DNA of 64,000 nucleotides from Podarcis tiliguerta (Eukaryota). The stretch lies in the NCBI GenBank assembly GCA_965153285.1, contig OZ229120.1. One strand, given 5' to 3'. Below, piece by piece: positions 49,286-61,494 of this stretch. Position 1 is the stretch's first letter; each line of letters begins with the position of its first letter. Under the pieces are notes generated by a model. It was not told the DNA's origin. It saw only the letters and a list, made by a program, of their open reading frames with translations, and ran no database searches. A program made the position numbers and the translations under genes.

Positions 49286-50568
49286 CATCCAGACCAACAC
49301 TTTTCCAGTGTTTTATGTGGGTACTGCTTGCAGCATTTCCACAAAGTACAAATCTTCATGCAGTGTTTTACATAAATGGGAGGAGATATAAGAGTGAGAG
49401 AAGGAAGATTATCCATTGGGGATGGGAAGAATCAGAGGCTTGGTGATGGAGAAGTCTTGGGGGCAGGTCACGATCACAAGGCATAGGCTAACCAGGCTTT
49501 CAGGACCATTCCTTCGGCATCCCTCTCACTTCTGCTGTCAAATCAAGTTACAATAGAGAGAACTAGGATACATTACACAGTAGACATGGATTAAAAAGGG
49601 TTTCTTAGATTATCGGGACTATATATCAGGGACTCTCCTGGGGATGCTTTCTTTCAAACCACATTCAAATACGAGCAACTCTTAGATACTCAGTAAAAAA
49701 GAATCTCATTAACCATACATAAAGCCCAGCAATTCTACGGGAAGGTTCTCAGTGCCTTCTGTTAAAAATTGTGTATCTGCATGAAAAATGAGTATTTCAA
49801 TTCATGATTAAATAACATGTACAGAGGAATATAAATGGCACTATTAAAAGGTAATTTAGATTAGCCTCACTTGAGCATTTGGCTTGATTGGACTGTTATA
49901 TCTTGTCATATATATTTAGATAAAATAGACTAATCAAACAAAGAGCACAACTGAGGCTGTGGCAGAAATGAGATATTTTCGGTGTCCGAATAACTTGTGA
50001 AAAGCAAGGTCTGAATGACAGACCCTATAATATGAAAGTTGCAGGTACCATCCTTCTTGCAGAGAATGCCATGTGTTCAGGTGATTCCTAAGAAACATCC
50101 TGTTAATCATCTAGTTTGTCTGGGGGTGGGTTCCATCCTCATTACTGAGTCCTGTCCTTGAAGCCAAATCAATGCATTCAGAACTGTCAATTCCTCTGGT
50201 TGTTTTTGAAATCTGATTTCTTCACAGAGCACTGTGCATAAGTAGTTTGTGCCACCCAACTCATTTTCCACTCCTCCACATTACCCATGAGAATGTAAGC
50301 ACTGATAACATGTTACCAATGAATAAATAAAAGCTTGACAGGATTATTGTACAATAATTCACATCAAGTAGGGTTGCCATCTTTCAAAAAGTGAAAATCC
50401 AGACACAAGAGTTGTTGTGCTTCTCTAGCATCTGGCAACCCTTTTCATATGAGGTTGCTTCCACTTGCAGACATGAAAGCTTTTTTTCTGTTTTTGTTTT
50501 AGGGGGCCTTTTTGTTGCTGATTGCACTTCCTGCTGCAGTTGCCAGTTTCCTCCTCCTCCAAGTCAGG

Positions 50569-50665
50569 CATTTATTTATTTATTTATTTATACATACATA
50601 CATACATACATACATGCAGACATACCCTGCCCATCTACCTGGGTTCCCCCAGCCACTCTGGGGTT
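50569..50665 (-). mobile_element. L2-type 3' tail fragment with (ATTT)/(ATAC) microsatellite
   Basis: accctgcccatctacctgggttcccccagccactctggg matches the tail of 55542-55620. Confidence 0.7.
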
Positions 50666-51168
50666 CCACATGGGATGTGGGTTAAGACAGTGATTCCCCC
50701 CCCCCCCATAAAAATAGGTGCCAGAGCTCACCATGAAGTTGTTACAGTAAGTCACCAGGCGACTCAAGGCAGCCCTGAATAGACACTGGTTTGACAGTAG
50801 CCATGTTCACTGCCCACAGAGGTGCTAAAAACTATGGCAAACTAAGTGGCGGAGTAGGAAAGGGGTGGAGAAGATACTGCCCACTCTCCTTCTGCTCTCC
50901 TCCCTTGGGTCAGGCCTGACCCGGGGGGCGGAGCTGCACCAGACACAAGTGCCGCAGCCAAGGCACAGTTCCTTGTGGCACAGAGCCAGGGTCTGATGAA
51001 GGAACCTTCATCAAAATTGCACCTGGGGCCCCATGGCACACACATACCCCACTATGCCTCTGAGCAAGCGGTCTCTCTAGCTGGTTTGTGGGTCACCCTT
51101 ATTTCTGGTGCAGGACAAATAAATGCACCCCTGCTTCCCTTGTCATCTTAGATTCAGGCAGATGGCTA

Positions 51169-51424
51169 GGGAGCCAGTATGGTGTAGTGGTTAAGAGCGA
51201 TAGACTAGTAATCTGGGGAACCAGGTTCTCATCTCAACTCCTCCACATGCAGCTGCTGGGTGACCTTGGGCTAGTCACACTTCTCTGAAGTCTCTCAGCC
51301 CCACTCACCTCACAGAGTGTTTGTTGTGGGGGAGGAAGGGAAAGGAGAATGTTAGCCGCTTTGAGACTCCTTAGGGTAGTGATAAAGCGGGATATGAAAT
51401 CCAAACTCTTCTTCTTCTTCTTCT
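51169..51424 (+). mobile_element. Squam3-type tRNA-derived SINE, full length
   Basis: GGGAGCCAGTATGGTGTAGTGG A-box head and (CTT)n tail. Confidence 0.88.
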
Positions 51425-52523
51425 AGGGCAGCTCCAGAAGTACCTTCGCACAAATGCGTGTGTGTGCAACAGTAGATGCCTGGCTGGAAAAATTAAAGCC
51501 TGCCACCACTACACAGGAGATGCATTGAAGTCACTGATCTAAAAAAAAAAAAAGTAGACTTTCACACACTAGCCAGCTTCCACTTTGGCTTGAAATGTTT
51601 GTTTTGGGCTTCTAAGAAGTACTCAAAGGCAAGAAGTGGGCAGGGGGAGTGCTGACCCACAACTGCACCCACAACTGCACTCCGGCATGCTCCAGTTGAA
51701 AAAAAGCACTGAGCTAAGGAAGGATTGCTGGGAGATGTATGGGTCGGGATGGAATAGTATAACATATATGATTGAAAAATGTCAAAGATCACTGACTCAG
51801 AAGGGGATTTTTCAAAAAAGTTCAGTGGGTAATGGCATAACCCACCCTTCACCGACATGGCAGCCTCCAGGTGATTTGAACTACAACTCCCATCAGCCCC
51901 AGACTAGGGCTGGTGGCCGTTGTCATCTGAAACACCTGGAAGGTTGGCGAAGGCTGGCATAATTAAACGCCAAAAGGTGCAATACCATTTAGCTCATCAC
52001 AGGCAACTGTTCTCAATCAAATCCACATTATGTAAGAATGCTATAGCAATGATAATCACGGCTCATCATTTTGCAGCACTTACAGAACGTAAATTGCTTC
52101 ACAATGCCGCTCATACATCTTTAGCCCAGCGACGGAGTCATCAATTTTCCTGACATTACAGATGTAGAACTGAGGCTGAGACAGAGTGGAGTTGAAGAGA
52201 GACAATGTAGCAATTACTGTATCGGTACCCAATGCCTGGGCCAGGTAAAAACAAACAAGCAACCCAACTATCAAAGCTGAAGTAAAGCTCTCATTCTGCG
52301 CACCAAGGATGGGACACCTGTGGTCCTCCGGATACTAATTAGACTCCTGTCAGCCCTAGAAAGTCAGTGGTCAAAGACGATGGCAGCTAAAGTCCATCTG
52401 GAAGGGCCATAGGTTCCTCATTGCTGCCTTAAACATTTACCTGAACACAATGAAATTTACATCTGAGCAAACATCTACATTCATGACTTGAAATATTTTG
52501 CCCTGTGTAAGGGCCTTCCAGAT

Positions 52524-52871
52524 GGGACTCGGGTGGCGCTGTGGGTTAAACCACAGAGCCTAGGACTTGACGATCAGAAGGTCGGTGGTTCGAATCCCCG
52601 TGATGGGGTGAGCTCCCGTTGCTCGGTCCCTGCTCCTGCCAACCTAGCAGTTCAAAAGCACGTCAAAGTGCAAGTAGATAAATAGGTACCACTCTGGCGG
52701 GAAGGTAAACGGCGTTTCCGTGCGCTGCTCTGGTTCGCCAGAAGCGGCTTAGTCATGCTGGCCACATGACCCGGAAGCTGTACGCTGGCTCCCTTGGCCA
52801 ATAAAGCGAGATGAGCGCTGCAACCCCAGAGTCGGCCATGACTGGACCTAATGGTCAGGGGTCCCTTTACC
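52524..52871 (+). mobile_element. Sauria SINE (subfamily C)
   Basis: Full length, 16-bp TSD TAAGGGCCTTCCA(G/T)AT (52508-52523 / 52872-52887). Confidence 0.95.
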
Positions 52872-53193
52872 TAAGGGCCTTCCATATTGGGATTTCAAGT
52901 ATCTTGAGGGATGCTACTGTAAGATCTCTTCAGGTGAAGGATATTGTCCTGCTCATTGGATTCCCAGAGACATTTAGTTGGCCACTGTGAGAACAGGATG
53001 CTGTGCTAGTTGGGCCTTGGTCTGGAGCTCTACTTATGCTCTCCTCCCACTCTTTTTTTTTTGGGGGGGGGAGCTCAGGTGACTAAGAACATTTGCCTTG
53101 GTTATTGTAGCTGATAGTCACATGGATTCCTTTCTGGAGGTACTCAGGGGTATGCAGTACCAGCACCTTCATGGTGAATATCAGCACCTCTTT

Positions 53194-53229
<36 letters not shown>

Positions 53230-53721
53230 AGCACTGGTTACATGGAACTCAGGGGGAAATTCAGCGAACCACTGGTTTGGTCAGTTCTGATGCTTAAAAA
53301 AATCCACTTTCTGCCTAATCAAGAGAAATACATTACATTCAGAGATTTGGCTTTGCTAAATAGAGAATGAAGATAATATGTATCAAAAATAAATGCCCCA
53401 AACTGTCAAAATGTGCCTTTATATTAAGATATGACTTTAAACACATCTTAAAGACATGTGCACCCAGTTTGATAGCTTGCTTTTTGTGGGTATGAAGCAG
53501 GTGTCAGGAGCCAGCCAGCAGCAAATCACGCTGTCCAAATGGGAGTTAACTCTTTAGTAGCAAACACAAAATCAACACGGGAGTTTCAGGTCAAATGAGC
53601 ACAGCAGCTCACCTCTGGAGGTTCTTGCATCCAGGAAGCAGTAGCTGAGACTGAAAATCCCTGCCTCCCCACAGCTGCCCAAGTCCCTTCCTTTCCAGGG
53701 CTTTCCCCAAGCAACTGGAGA

Positions 53722-54094
53722 CTGGAGGGGCAGAGGAAGGGGTGGCTGTGCGGGTGGACCGCCTCGGGTGCCCTCACTGAAGGGGGTGACATTTGGCGCA
53801 CCACCCGCCCATGGCTCCCAAGCCTACCCCAGCCGTCAGGGTAAGAGGAGAGCTGCGCCGCCTTGCTGGCGGCATGCCCCCCTTCCCCCTTCATTTTGAC
53901 AGCTTGGGGGATTCGTGGGCGGGCAGCGGGCTGAATGTCCGCCATGGGCAGCTCGCTTCACCCCTGGCTGCAGGGTATGTGCGCCACTCAGGGAACACAA
54001 GTGCCTATCCCGTGCCTGGGAGAGCACCCTCTGTGCGATGCCCCCCTCGGGAGTGCACTCACCCTGGGCAGAGTGGGCATATGCTCCACCGCTG
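53722..54094. mobile_element. GC-rich probable hAT-type MITE
   Basis: Sharp GC/CpG-rich block flanked by ACTGGAGA (53714-53721) / ACTGAAGA (54095-54102). TIRs poor. Confidence 0.5.
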
Positions 54095-54193
54095 ACTGAA
54101 GACTGCATCTGCACGGTGCCAATCTCTCCTCTGTCATCCAATTCTCTCTCCCCCACCTGGGTTTGTGTGTTTTTTAATACTAGCCTTATGCAT

Positions 54194-54693
54194 TTGTTGT
54201 TGTTGTTTAGTTGTTTAGTCATGTCCAACTCTTCATGACCCCATGGACCAGAGCAAGCCAGGCACTCCTGTCTTCCACTGCCTCCCGCAGTTTGGTTAAA
54301 CTCATGCTGGTAGCTTCAAGAAGACTGTCCAACCATCTCATCCTCTGTCCCCTTCTCCTTGGGCCCTCCATCTTTCCCAACATCAGGGTCTGTTCCAGGG
54401 AGTCTTCTCTTCTCATGCGGTGGCCAAAGTATTGGAGGCTCAGCTTCAGGATCTGTCCTTCCAGTGAGCACTCAGGGCTGATTTCCTTCAGAATGGATAT
54501 GTTTGATCTTCTTGTAGTCCATGGGACTCTCAAGAGTCTCCTCCAGCACCATAATTCGAAAGCATCAATTCTTCGGCGATCAGCCTTCTTTATGGTCCAG
54601 CTCTCACTTCCATACATCACTACTGGGAAAACCATAGCTTTAACTATACGGACCTTTGTTGGCAAGGTGATGTCTCTGCTTTTTAAGATGCCG
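54194..54693 (-). mobile_element. 5'-truncated BovB LINE 3' end
   Basis: Minus ORF ILKSRDITLPTKVRIVKAMVFPVVMYGSESWT...LVHGVMKSWT, (CAA)n tail, TSD TATGCAT (54187-54193 / 54694-54700). Confidence 0.95.
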
Positions 54694-55541
54694 TATGCAT
54701 AGGTTCCCAAAATGGCAAGCAAGCCAATGGGTTTCAGATAGCCCCTGAGAATATGTAAAAAAAGTGAATTTGAAAGAGCCACAAAAGCAGTATAGAATAA
54801 CCTATTGCAGACTATTGTAGCTCTCTTCTCCCCCTGCCACTCTTTAAACATGAAATCTCTTAAGATTTAGGACAATTTGCATGTCACCAACTGCCTAGGA
54901 CTGAGAGGGAGCTCTCTTTGGAGAATACACTTTGCATCACAAAGGTAAGGACCCTATTCTCTGGAGGGAAGCATCCTATTGATTTTTGTTGTGCTCTGGT
55001 AAGCAGATCAGGGGCAGGGAAGGACTGTTGCTTACCTTGAGGAATTAAGCTTTTGTTGGACAGCAAAAATGTGGCAATCCATTATGTATAAGATCCTTCA
55101 AATCAGTACTGCAAAATTGTGCTATAAGTACTTTTGGGAACATTTGCTTTTCTTCTAGAGAATAGGACAGAAAAAAGCAACCTTTTTCATCTTCGACAGC
55201 CAGGCTGATTTTGATAATATTTAAGGCCTGAGGGGAGAACGCTAGTGTTTTAATAAAGAGGAAAAACTTGTCTAACATGTTTCGTTTCCCTTTTTTTCCA
55301 ACGGGTTGTCTTGAGATCACAGGAAGGTAGCATTTTTCTCTCTGCTTTGTTTCTATAAGAACAGAAGGGTTGGTATTGGGACCTGTGCTTTTTAACTTGC
55401 TCATAAACAATCTAGAGCTGGGAATGAGCAGTGAGTTGGCCACGTTTGCTGGCGATATTAAATTGTTCAGGGTCATTAAAACAAAACTCAATTGCAAAGA
55501 GCTCCAAAAGAACCTCTCCAAACTTAGTCAATGATGAGTAT

Positions 55542-55877
55542 TTTATTATTATTATTATTATTATTATTAATACCCCACTCATCTGACTGGGTTTCTCCAG
55601 CCACTCTGGGTGGTTCCCAACAGAATATTAAAAACACACACAAAATCAAACATTAAAAACTTCCCTAAACAGGGCTGCCTTCAGATGTCTTCTAAAAGTC
55701 AGATAGTTGTTTATTTCCTTGACATCTGATGGGAGGGCGTTCCACAGGACGGGCGCCACTACCGAGAAGGCCCTCTGCCTGGTTCCCTGTAGCTTCACTT
55801 CTCGCATTGAGGGAACTTCTAGAAGGTCCTCGGCGCTGGACCTCAGTGTCCGGACTGGACGATGGGGGTGGAGACAT
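55542..55877 (-). mobile_element. L2-clade LINE 3' end nested in CR1
   Basis: Reverse complement of the 18346-18571 family with a (TAA)n tail. Confidence 0.88.
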
Positions 55878-56369
55878 TCAATTCAGTGTATGCAAGTGTG
55901 AAGTGATACACGTCAGGGCAAATAGTAATAATTCTTAATTTCACATATGCACTTATGGGATCTGAACTGGTGGCGTATGGCCAGGAAATGAGATTTTGGG
56001 GTCGTAGTGGGTAGTTTGGTGAAGCTGTTGATCTAGTCTACAGCAGCTGTGAAAAGGGGAAATCTTATGCTAAGCAGCATTATGGAAGGAAGTGAAAGTA
56101 AAACTGCTGATATCATAATGCCGTTATATAAATATATGGTGTAACCGATTTGGGAAAACTGTGTACAGTTCTGGTTGCCTCACCTGAGAAAGGCTATAGT
56201 AGAGTTGGAAAAAGTTCCGAAAAGAGCATCCAAGGATCAAGAAAATGGAGGAATTCCTCTGTGAGGGAAGGTTGCAGCATTTGAGACTTCAGTTTAGAGA
56301 AAAAGCAAGTAAGAAGTGACATGATGGATAGAGAAAAGTTTCTTTCCCTTTCTCATAACACTATAACTT

Positions 56370-56751
56370 TTTAAAATTATTGGAAAAGGTTCAGTTATAA
56401 AGAAATAAGCTGATGCAAAGAAAAAGAGAAGAAGAAAAGAAAAAGAAAATGGCACAAAAATGTGTAGGGGGAAAACCCATATATGAAAAATAACCTAGCC
56501 CATACATTCTTTTATAAATTTGATATTATTATCCTAATACATATGTAAATATTAATAGTTTGCTACATTTTCTAAAACTTATTCCAAATATTGCCATATT
56601 TATCCAAACAAAGACTAAGCAGTCCATTCATAAGTTGCAAGGGTTATCATATTGTCTATGCATTTAGGAAAGGGGATCATATCTTTATTCTTCCACTTCA
56701 TCAATATCAGTCTCTTGGCTACCATTGGAGCGCGTATAATTTATTTTCATC
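56370..56751 (-). mobile_element. 5'-truncated L1 3' end nested in CR1
   Basis: TSD ACACTA(T/G)AACTT (56358-56369 / 56752-56763). Minus strand reads VAKRLILMKWKNKDMIPFPKCIDNMITLATYE, like an L1 ORF2 C-terminus. Confidence 0.75.
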
Positions 56752-57382
56752 ACACTAGAACTTATGGGCAAACAAGGAAGCTGAACTTTGGAAGATCTTT
56801 CACAGATAAAAGGAAGTACTTTTTCATGCAGCGCCTAGTTGCATTTGCAGCCACAGGAGGCTGTGATGGCCAACAACTTGGAAGACTTTAAAAGAGAATT
56901 AGACAAATTCGTGGAAGAGGAGGCTACAAGCCATGTATCTAGCTGCCAGTTGCTGCAAATATCAGGTGGGCAGAGTGCTTCTGTGCTCATGTCCAGCTTG
57001 CAGGCTTCCCACAGGCACCTGGCTGGCCACTTGGATGACTAGATGGGCTACTGGCCTGATCCCGCAAGCTCAAATTATGTTCTTTTAAAAATTACATACA
57101 TCAGACAATCCAGCTACAAAAGGATTCCTTGTTTACCCTAATCAGCAGTCACAGGTTGTATTTTATGCTTGTAATTCTGAAATTGCTTGACAGAGACAAA
57201 AACGTTTTTAATGTTTAGAATTAGATATGCAAATATTTGAGCAAATCTGATGCGAACAGGTGTTGGTGAGATGGATGGATGTCTCTTCATGTGCAAATAT
57301 TTACAGCTGTCCAACTTTGCAGCTGAGCATTTATACTGTGCTTCTATTTTGGAATGGGCCAGCCAAAATGGGGCTTTCAATT

Positions 57383-57385
<3 letters not shown>

Positions 57386-57452
<67 letters not shown>

Positions 57453-57453
57453 T
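57386..57453. repeat. Compound (CT)n(GT)n microsatellite
   Basis: Direct. Confidence 0.98.
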
Positions 57454-57819
57454 TTTTCCAAAGCAAACAAAGCCTGTTAACATTTTTTTTTGGGGGGGGG
57501 GGAATCTAGGCAACCCCAGACAGAAGATTAAATTCGAAATGGTCATGCTCTGAACTGTGCAGTCAGAACCACTGTTTAGAATTGTTGTTTAAGCAGCAAC
57601 AATGTGGTAAATTAGTCACCCGCCATAGAAATGCTAGAAAGAATGTAAAAACAGAATAACAAAAAACATCAGTGGTCTAAGAAAGTATTCCCCAATCAGA
57701 TGGCCTCCAGGTCTTTTGGACCACAACTTCCGTCATCCCTGACAATTGGCCACAGTTTGGGGAAGCCTGGCCTATGAATATGACATAAGAGGAAACACTG
57801 AAGTAAATGATTGCTTCTT

Positions 57820-59235
57820 TCCATCCTATTACCTTCTTCAAAGATGAACTGTTCCCTTCCATCTTTCTTTTGAAATGTGGCCATCAGAACTGAAGAGTAT
57901 TCTAGTAAAGGACTCCCACCCAAGAGCTGCTGTCAGTCAGATGGGACAATATTGGGCTTGTTTGACCTGGTATAAGGTCGCTTCCTGTGTTCCTGTTCTG
58001 TGAACATCACCATACTCACTGCCAAGCCCAACACTGAATAGAGTATGGTAAGTATCTCATTATTCTTCCTTGTAATTCCCCTACAAAGACTCTCCTCCTG
58101 CAAAAGAGGGGAGTGGTTGTGGGCGGGAGCCGGTCTCCACCTCAAGCAGGGGGCATTAGCCCCCTGCCTCCCACTCACCTGGCTGGCGCCCACACCCACT
58201 GACAGGCACCCAACCAGGTGCCTTCGAGGGGGCGTGTACGGCAGCGTAAATTGCTGCGGCACCAGCCTCCCGGCCTCACTCTTCGTCGTCCCGTCGTGAG
58301 TCACCCACCCTCCACTCACTTAGAGCTCAGGGTCCCAGTTTTCTTTTGGCCTTGCTATGGACCTTAGGTTGGTCTCCCAGGTTGTCCAGGGGGCCTGGTA
58401 AGAATTTTTCCATTGGCCTTAGGCTTTTTGGTTTTTTCGCCTACCTCGTAGCAATCATCACAACTTTCGTGGTATTGGTGGGTAGGTTAGGCATTGGAAT
58501 AATGTGTTGTGGTGTGTGGAAGGGCTAGGTGTGGCCATCGCCTATGCCTTCAATTTTGGGTATTCCGTTAAAGGAATCCGGTGGTCGTGTATTCTGTCTG
58601 ATGCCTGCATGGCGGGAGGCCATGGCACGACCCTCGGTGACATCAGGGGAGAGCCTATAGTTGGATTAGCATCAACAGGCTCCACCTACTGGTGAATAAA
58701 CCCCCCTGTTTTAGACTCACCCCTCTCCGAGTGGGTGGAGTCAGCTGACGTAATCCAATGCCTAAGCCAATACTTTTTCACTTGCTGTAATCAATAAAGT
58801 TGTGGCCTTTTCTTGCCCATTAACCTTATATCACGTGTCCTTGTGTTTTCATTCCACTATGCAGGGATCGGGTCCTCGAACCACAACCCTTTGCTTTTGT
58901 TGCAAAGGCACTAACTTCTCACCATTAATGATGCCCTCAACCCCCAGACCTTCTCTGTTTTTCCTTGGTAAACAAACATTCCCAAAGCTGTTATTGTACA
59001 TTGGTTTGTTCTGATGAAATGCAGGGTCTTACACTTACCCTTATTAAATTTCATCCCATTTATTTCTGCCCATTATCCCAAATTGTTGAGAGTCTTGAAT
59101 TATGCTCTTGTCATCCAAAGTGCTTGCAATCCCTTCCAGTTTCATAGTGACAACTTTAGTAGTGTGCTTTCTGTTCTGTTCTCCATGTAATGAATGAATA
59201 CATTAAACTACACTGGACCTATAATAGAGACTTGT
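57820..59235 (-). mobile_element. Old CR1 RT relic split by the 58090-58888 insertion
   Basis: ttgaaatgtggccatcagaactgaagagtattc (reverse of an EY..QF..PHF motif) on the left and aaatgcagggtcttacactt...ttaaatttcatc (reverse of MKFN..KCK.LH) on the right. Confidence 0.6.
58090..58888 (+). mobile_element. GC-rich non-coding retroelement remnant, probably a DIRS/Ngaro-type terminal repeat or an unusual solo LTR
   Basis: Interrupts a CR1 relic, CpG-rich, AATAAA at 58793-58798 within CAATAAAGTTGTGGCC, no clear TSD. The family call rests on my recollection of DIRS/Ngaro ends only. Confidence 0.5.
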
Positions 59236-61194
59236 TGTATGCCGCTTCGTATAATGATAGAATCAAAGAATTGGAAGGATCATCTAGTTCAGCCCCCTGC
59301 AATGTAGATGTCCCATACACGGAACAAACCTGCAACCAGCTGAGGGATGGTTGCTTTCTTCAACCTTGCTTTCTACAAGGAGCAGCTATTGATTAAATTC
59401 ACTACAGGGAACTCAGTCAAGCAGCTGATCCACCTCCATCTCTGCCTGCTCCAAATTTAATGCCATGTGTGACATCAGGTGTGGAGTAGGTGGGCATGGA
59501 TGGTGAGGGGGAAGAGCCTTACAAGCCAGACTGAGACACAGTCTGGGCCATATTTGGCCCTTGGCCTGGAGGCTCCACACTTTTGCCTTATAGGTTAAAA
59601 CCAGCACTTTGCATTGGACTCAGAAATATATTTGCAGTTGTTGCAACTGTGTATTATGATCTAACCACTGTGTCCCTGTTCCCAGTCTATCTGCTGCATT
59701 CTGCACCAGCTGCAGTTTCCAAACTGTGTTCAAAGGCATCCCCACATATAGCCATTTATTCCTAATTTATTCTACTAAACAGAATGCCTGAGATGTGAAT
59801 GACTGGACTCTCCCATTCCCATGCACATTGCAATACTCTAGTTCATAGGAACCAAATCATTACACAAGGTACATACATCCATGCTAGCTCCTTGTTGCTA
59901 GCTTCTTAATTCTTGTTTTAAATGCAACTTCTACATCGATGACATTTGCTCTTTGGTTCGCTATCAGGACCCTGGGCACTGATCTTTGCATCACACGTAG
60001 GATCTTTCTGACATCCTCTGGCCCAGAAGAAAAGATTCTCTTTTACAAATAATTGCTCAGAAGTTCCTTGGAGCGAAACGCAGGCATGAGCAGGTTCTGT
60101 GGTGCGCTTAATACTCTACCGTCTCCTCGGCCAACTGTACTTTGATGTAATTCCAGATGGCAGTTTCATACTTGTTCCTTTATGATATCCAATCCTCATT
60201 GTGCAAGGTGATTATATTACAAAAAGAAAATAGCAGTTGAACAATTACATCTCAATTACACATGTTTATTGAGCGACGAGGGAGCCATCACTAGCCACTT
60301 CCTGCTCAGTTTAGCTCAGTTATTAGTGATAAGTACCACAAGAGGGATTTCAAGTGTATGTCAAATAACCGATCAGCTTTTGTGAAAATGACAGCCCAGA
60401 GTTCCATAAATGTTCCCCTGTTGGAGATGTTCATAAGAAGAAATGTGGCCAACTAACAAAAACAACTTTTTTCTCTTTGGTTATTTCTGCTTCCTTTTCC
60501 CCATTGTTGATCACAAGCAGAAAGAAGAAGGAATCAACATTTTAAGCTAGCAATTGCCGACGGGCAGAACAGGATGTTGTTGTTGTCCTTCTGGAGTTAT
60601 TTTTGCTCTATTGGAAAGACAGCAGTTTAACACGGCAGCCTGCTCCTCTGCCTGTATGTGGGCTCTGAATGGGGGGAGAGGGAGGGAGAGGGCGGCAGGC
60701 TGCTGATTATGGATGAAAACTTGTCTATGAGCTGATTGCATTCCAAAGATCTGAAGGAAGGGAAGAAGGAGTTCCTATAGAGCAGTGATGGGGAACCTGT
60801 GGCCTTCTAGGTGTTGTTGACTAGTGGAAGGAGAACTCTGTTAAGAACCCCTGCAGTGACATTAGTCACCATGGAAATTCAAAATAATAGGGAGCATTGG
60901 TGATGGTAAGTGTTGGTTATTTAGCGGAGGGGGAAATATATCTATCACATATGGTGGAAGTGCCAAAAGGTGAAGGAATTGTGACCTACAGCAACAAACA
61001 TAATTAGATAACATTCCCAAATTGATGTTCCACCTGGGTATGTCTATTCTCTGTTGAACTAAAAATGCCATCCTTATACAGGGCAAAGGTTGCTGATATC
61101 CTAACCATGGCAAGGATTTTGTACACTGAATTATGGGGAAAACCTCAAAAACTGAGGGCAGTATCCACTGCAGGAGTTCCTTTAGCACGAGCAG

Positions 61195-61494
61195 TCTTCT
61201 TCTTCTTTCTTTTTGGCAATCACTCTTAGCCGAGTAAGATTGTCTTCCACAAACACGGTTTTAACAGTGGGTCCGTAAGTGACTGTGGGGGCCAATTCTG
61301 GATCCCCACGTCCTTCCACAGTGGGGACATTGGTTCCTGAGTGGGAGTTGATCATGGTGAGGGTTTGCCAAGCTTGCCTTCCTCTTAGCACGCTTCTCCC
61401 TTTTGTCCTGAGTTCGAGTGTCTTCAAAATCCATGACACCTTTGGTAAAGGCTGTTCTCCAATGGGAGCGCTCGCAGGCCAGTGTTTCCCAGTT
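61195..61494 (-). mobile_element. RTE-clade LINE 3' end
   Basis: Minus strand reads NWETLACERSHWRTAFTKGVMDFEDTRTQDKREKRAKRK...CPHCGRTWGSRIGPHSHLRTHC-stop, then a (GAA)n tail. Homologous to 16484-16845. Confidence 0.9.

Larger units (their letters stand above)
55368..57085 (+). mobile_element. Decayed CR1 LINE (RT to 3' end) with two nested insertions
   Basis: Reads GLVLGPVLFNLLINNLE...FAGDIKLFR (GS.LGP.LF, FADD-like) and CVQFWLPHLRK, followed by a CR1 tail ending ggcctgatcc...ttatgttctt. Confidence 0.9.

Noticed and set aside
52524-52610. tRNA gene (A and B boxes)
   Set aside because: It is the tRNA-derived head of a SINE continuing into the SINE body. The same holds for the other A/B-box hits.
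54219-54851. Longest ORF (210 aa) as a host gene
   Set aside because: It is the BovB ORF C-terminus read through from random flank, and the element boundaries are marked by a TSD.
58583-58646. Canonical HDV-like or hammerhead ribozyme
   Set aside because: Helix order resembles HDV P1/P2, but the P3/L3 length, P1.1, P4 and the J4/2 catalytic C motif do not fit. CTGATGC lacks the hammerhead CUGAUGA...GAAA core. Kept only as a generic structured region.
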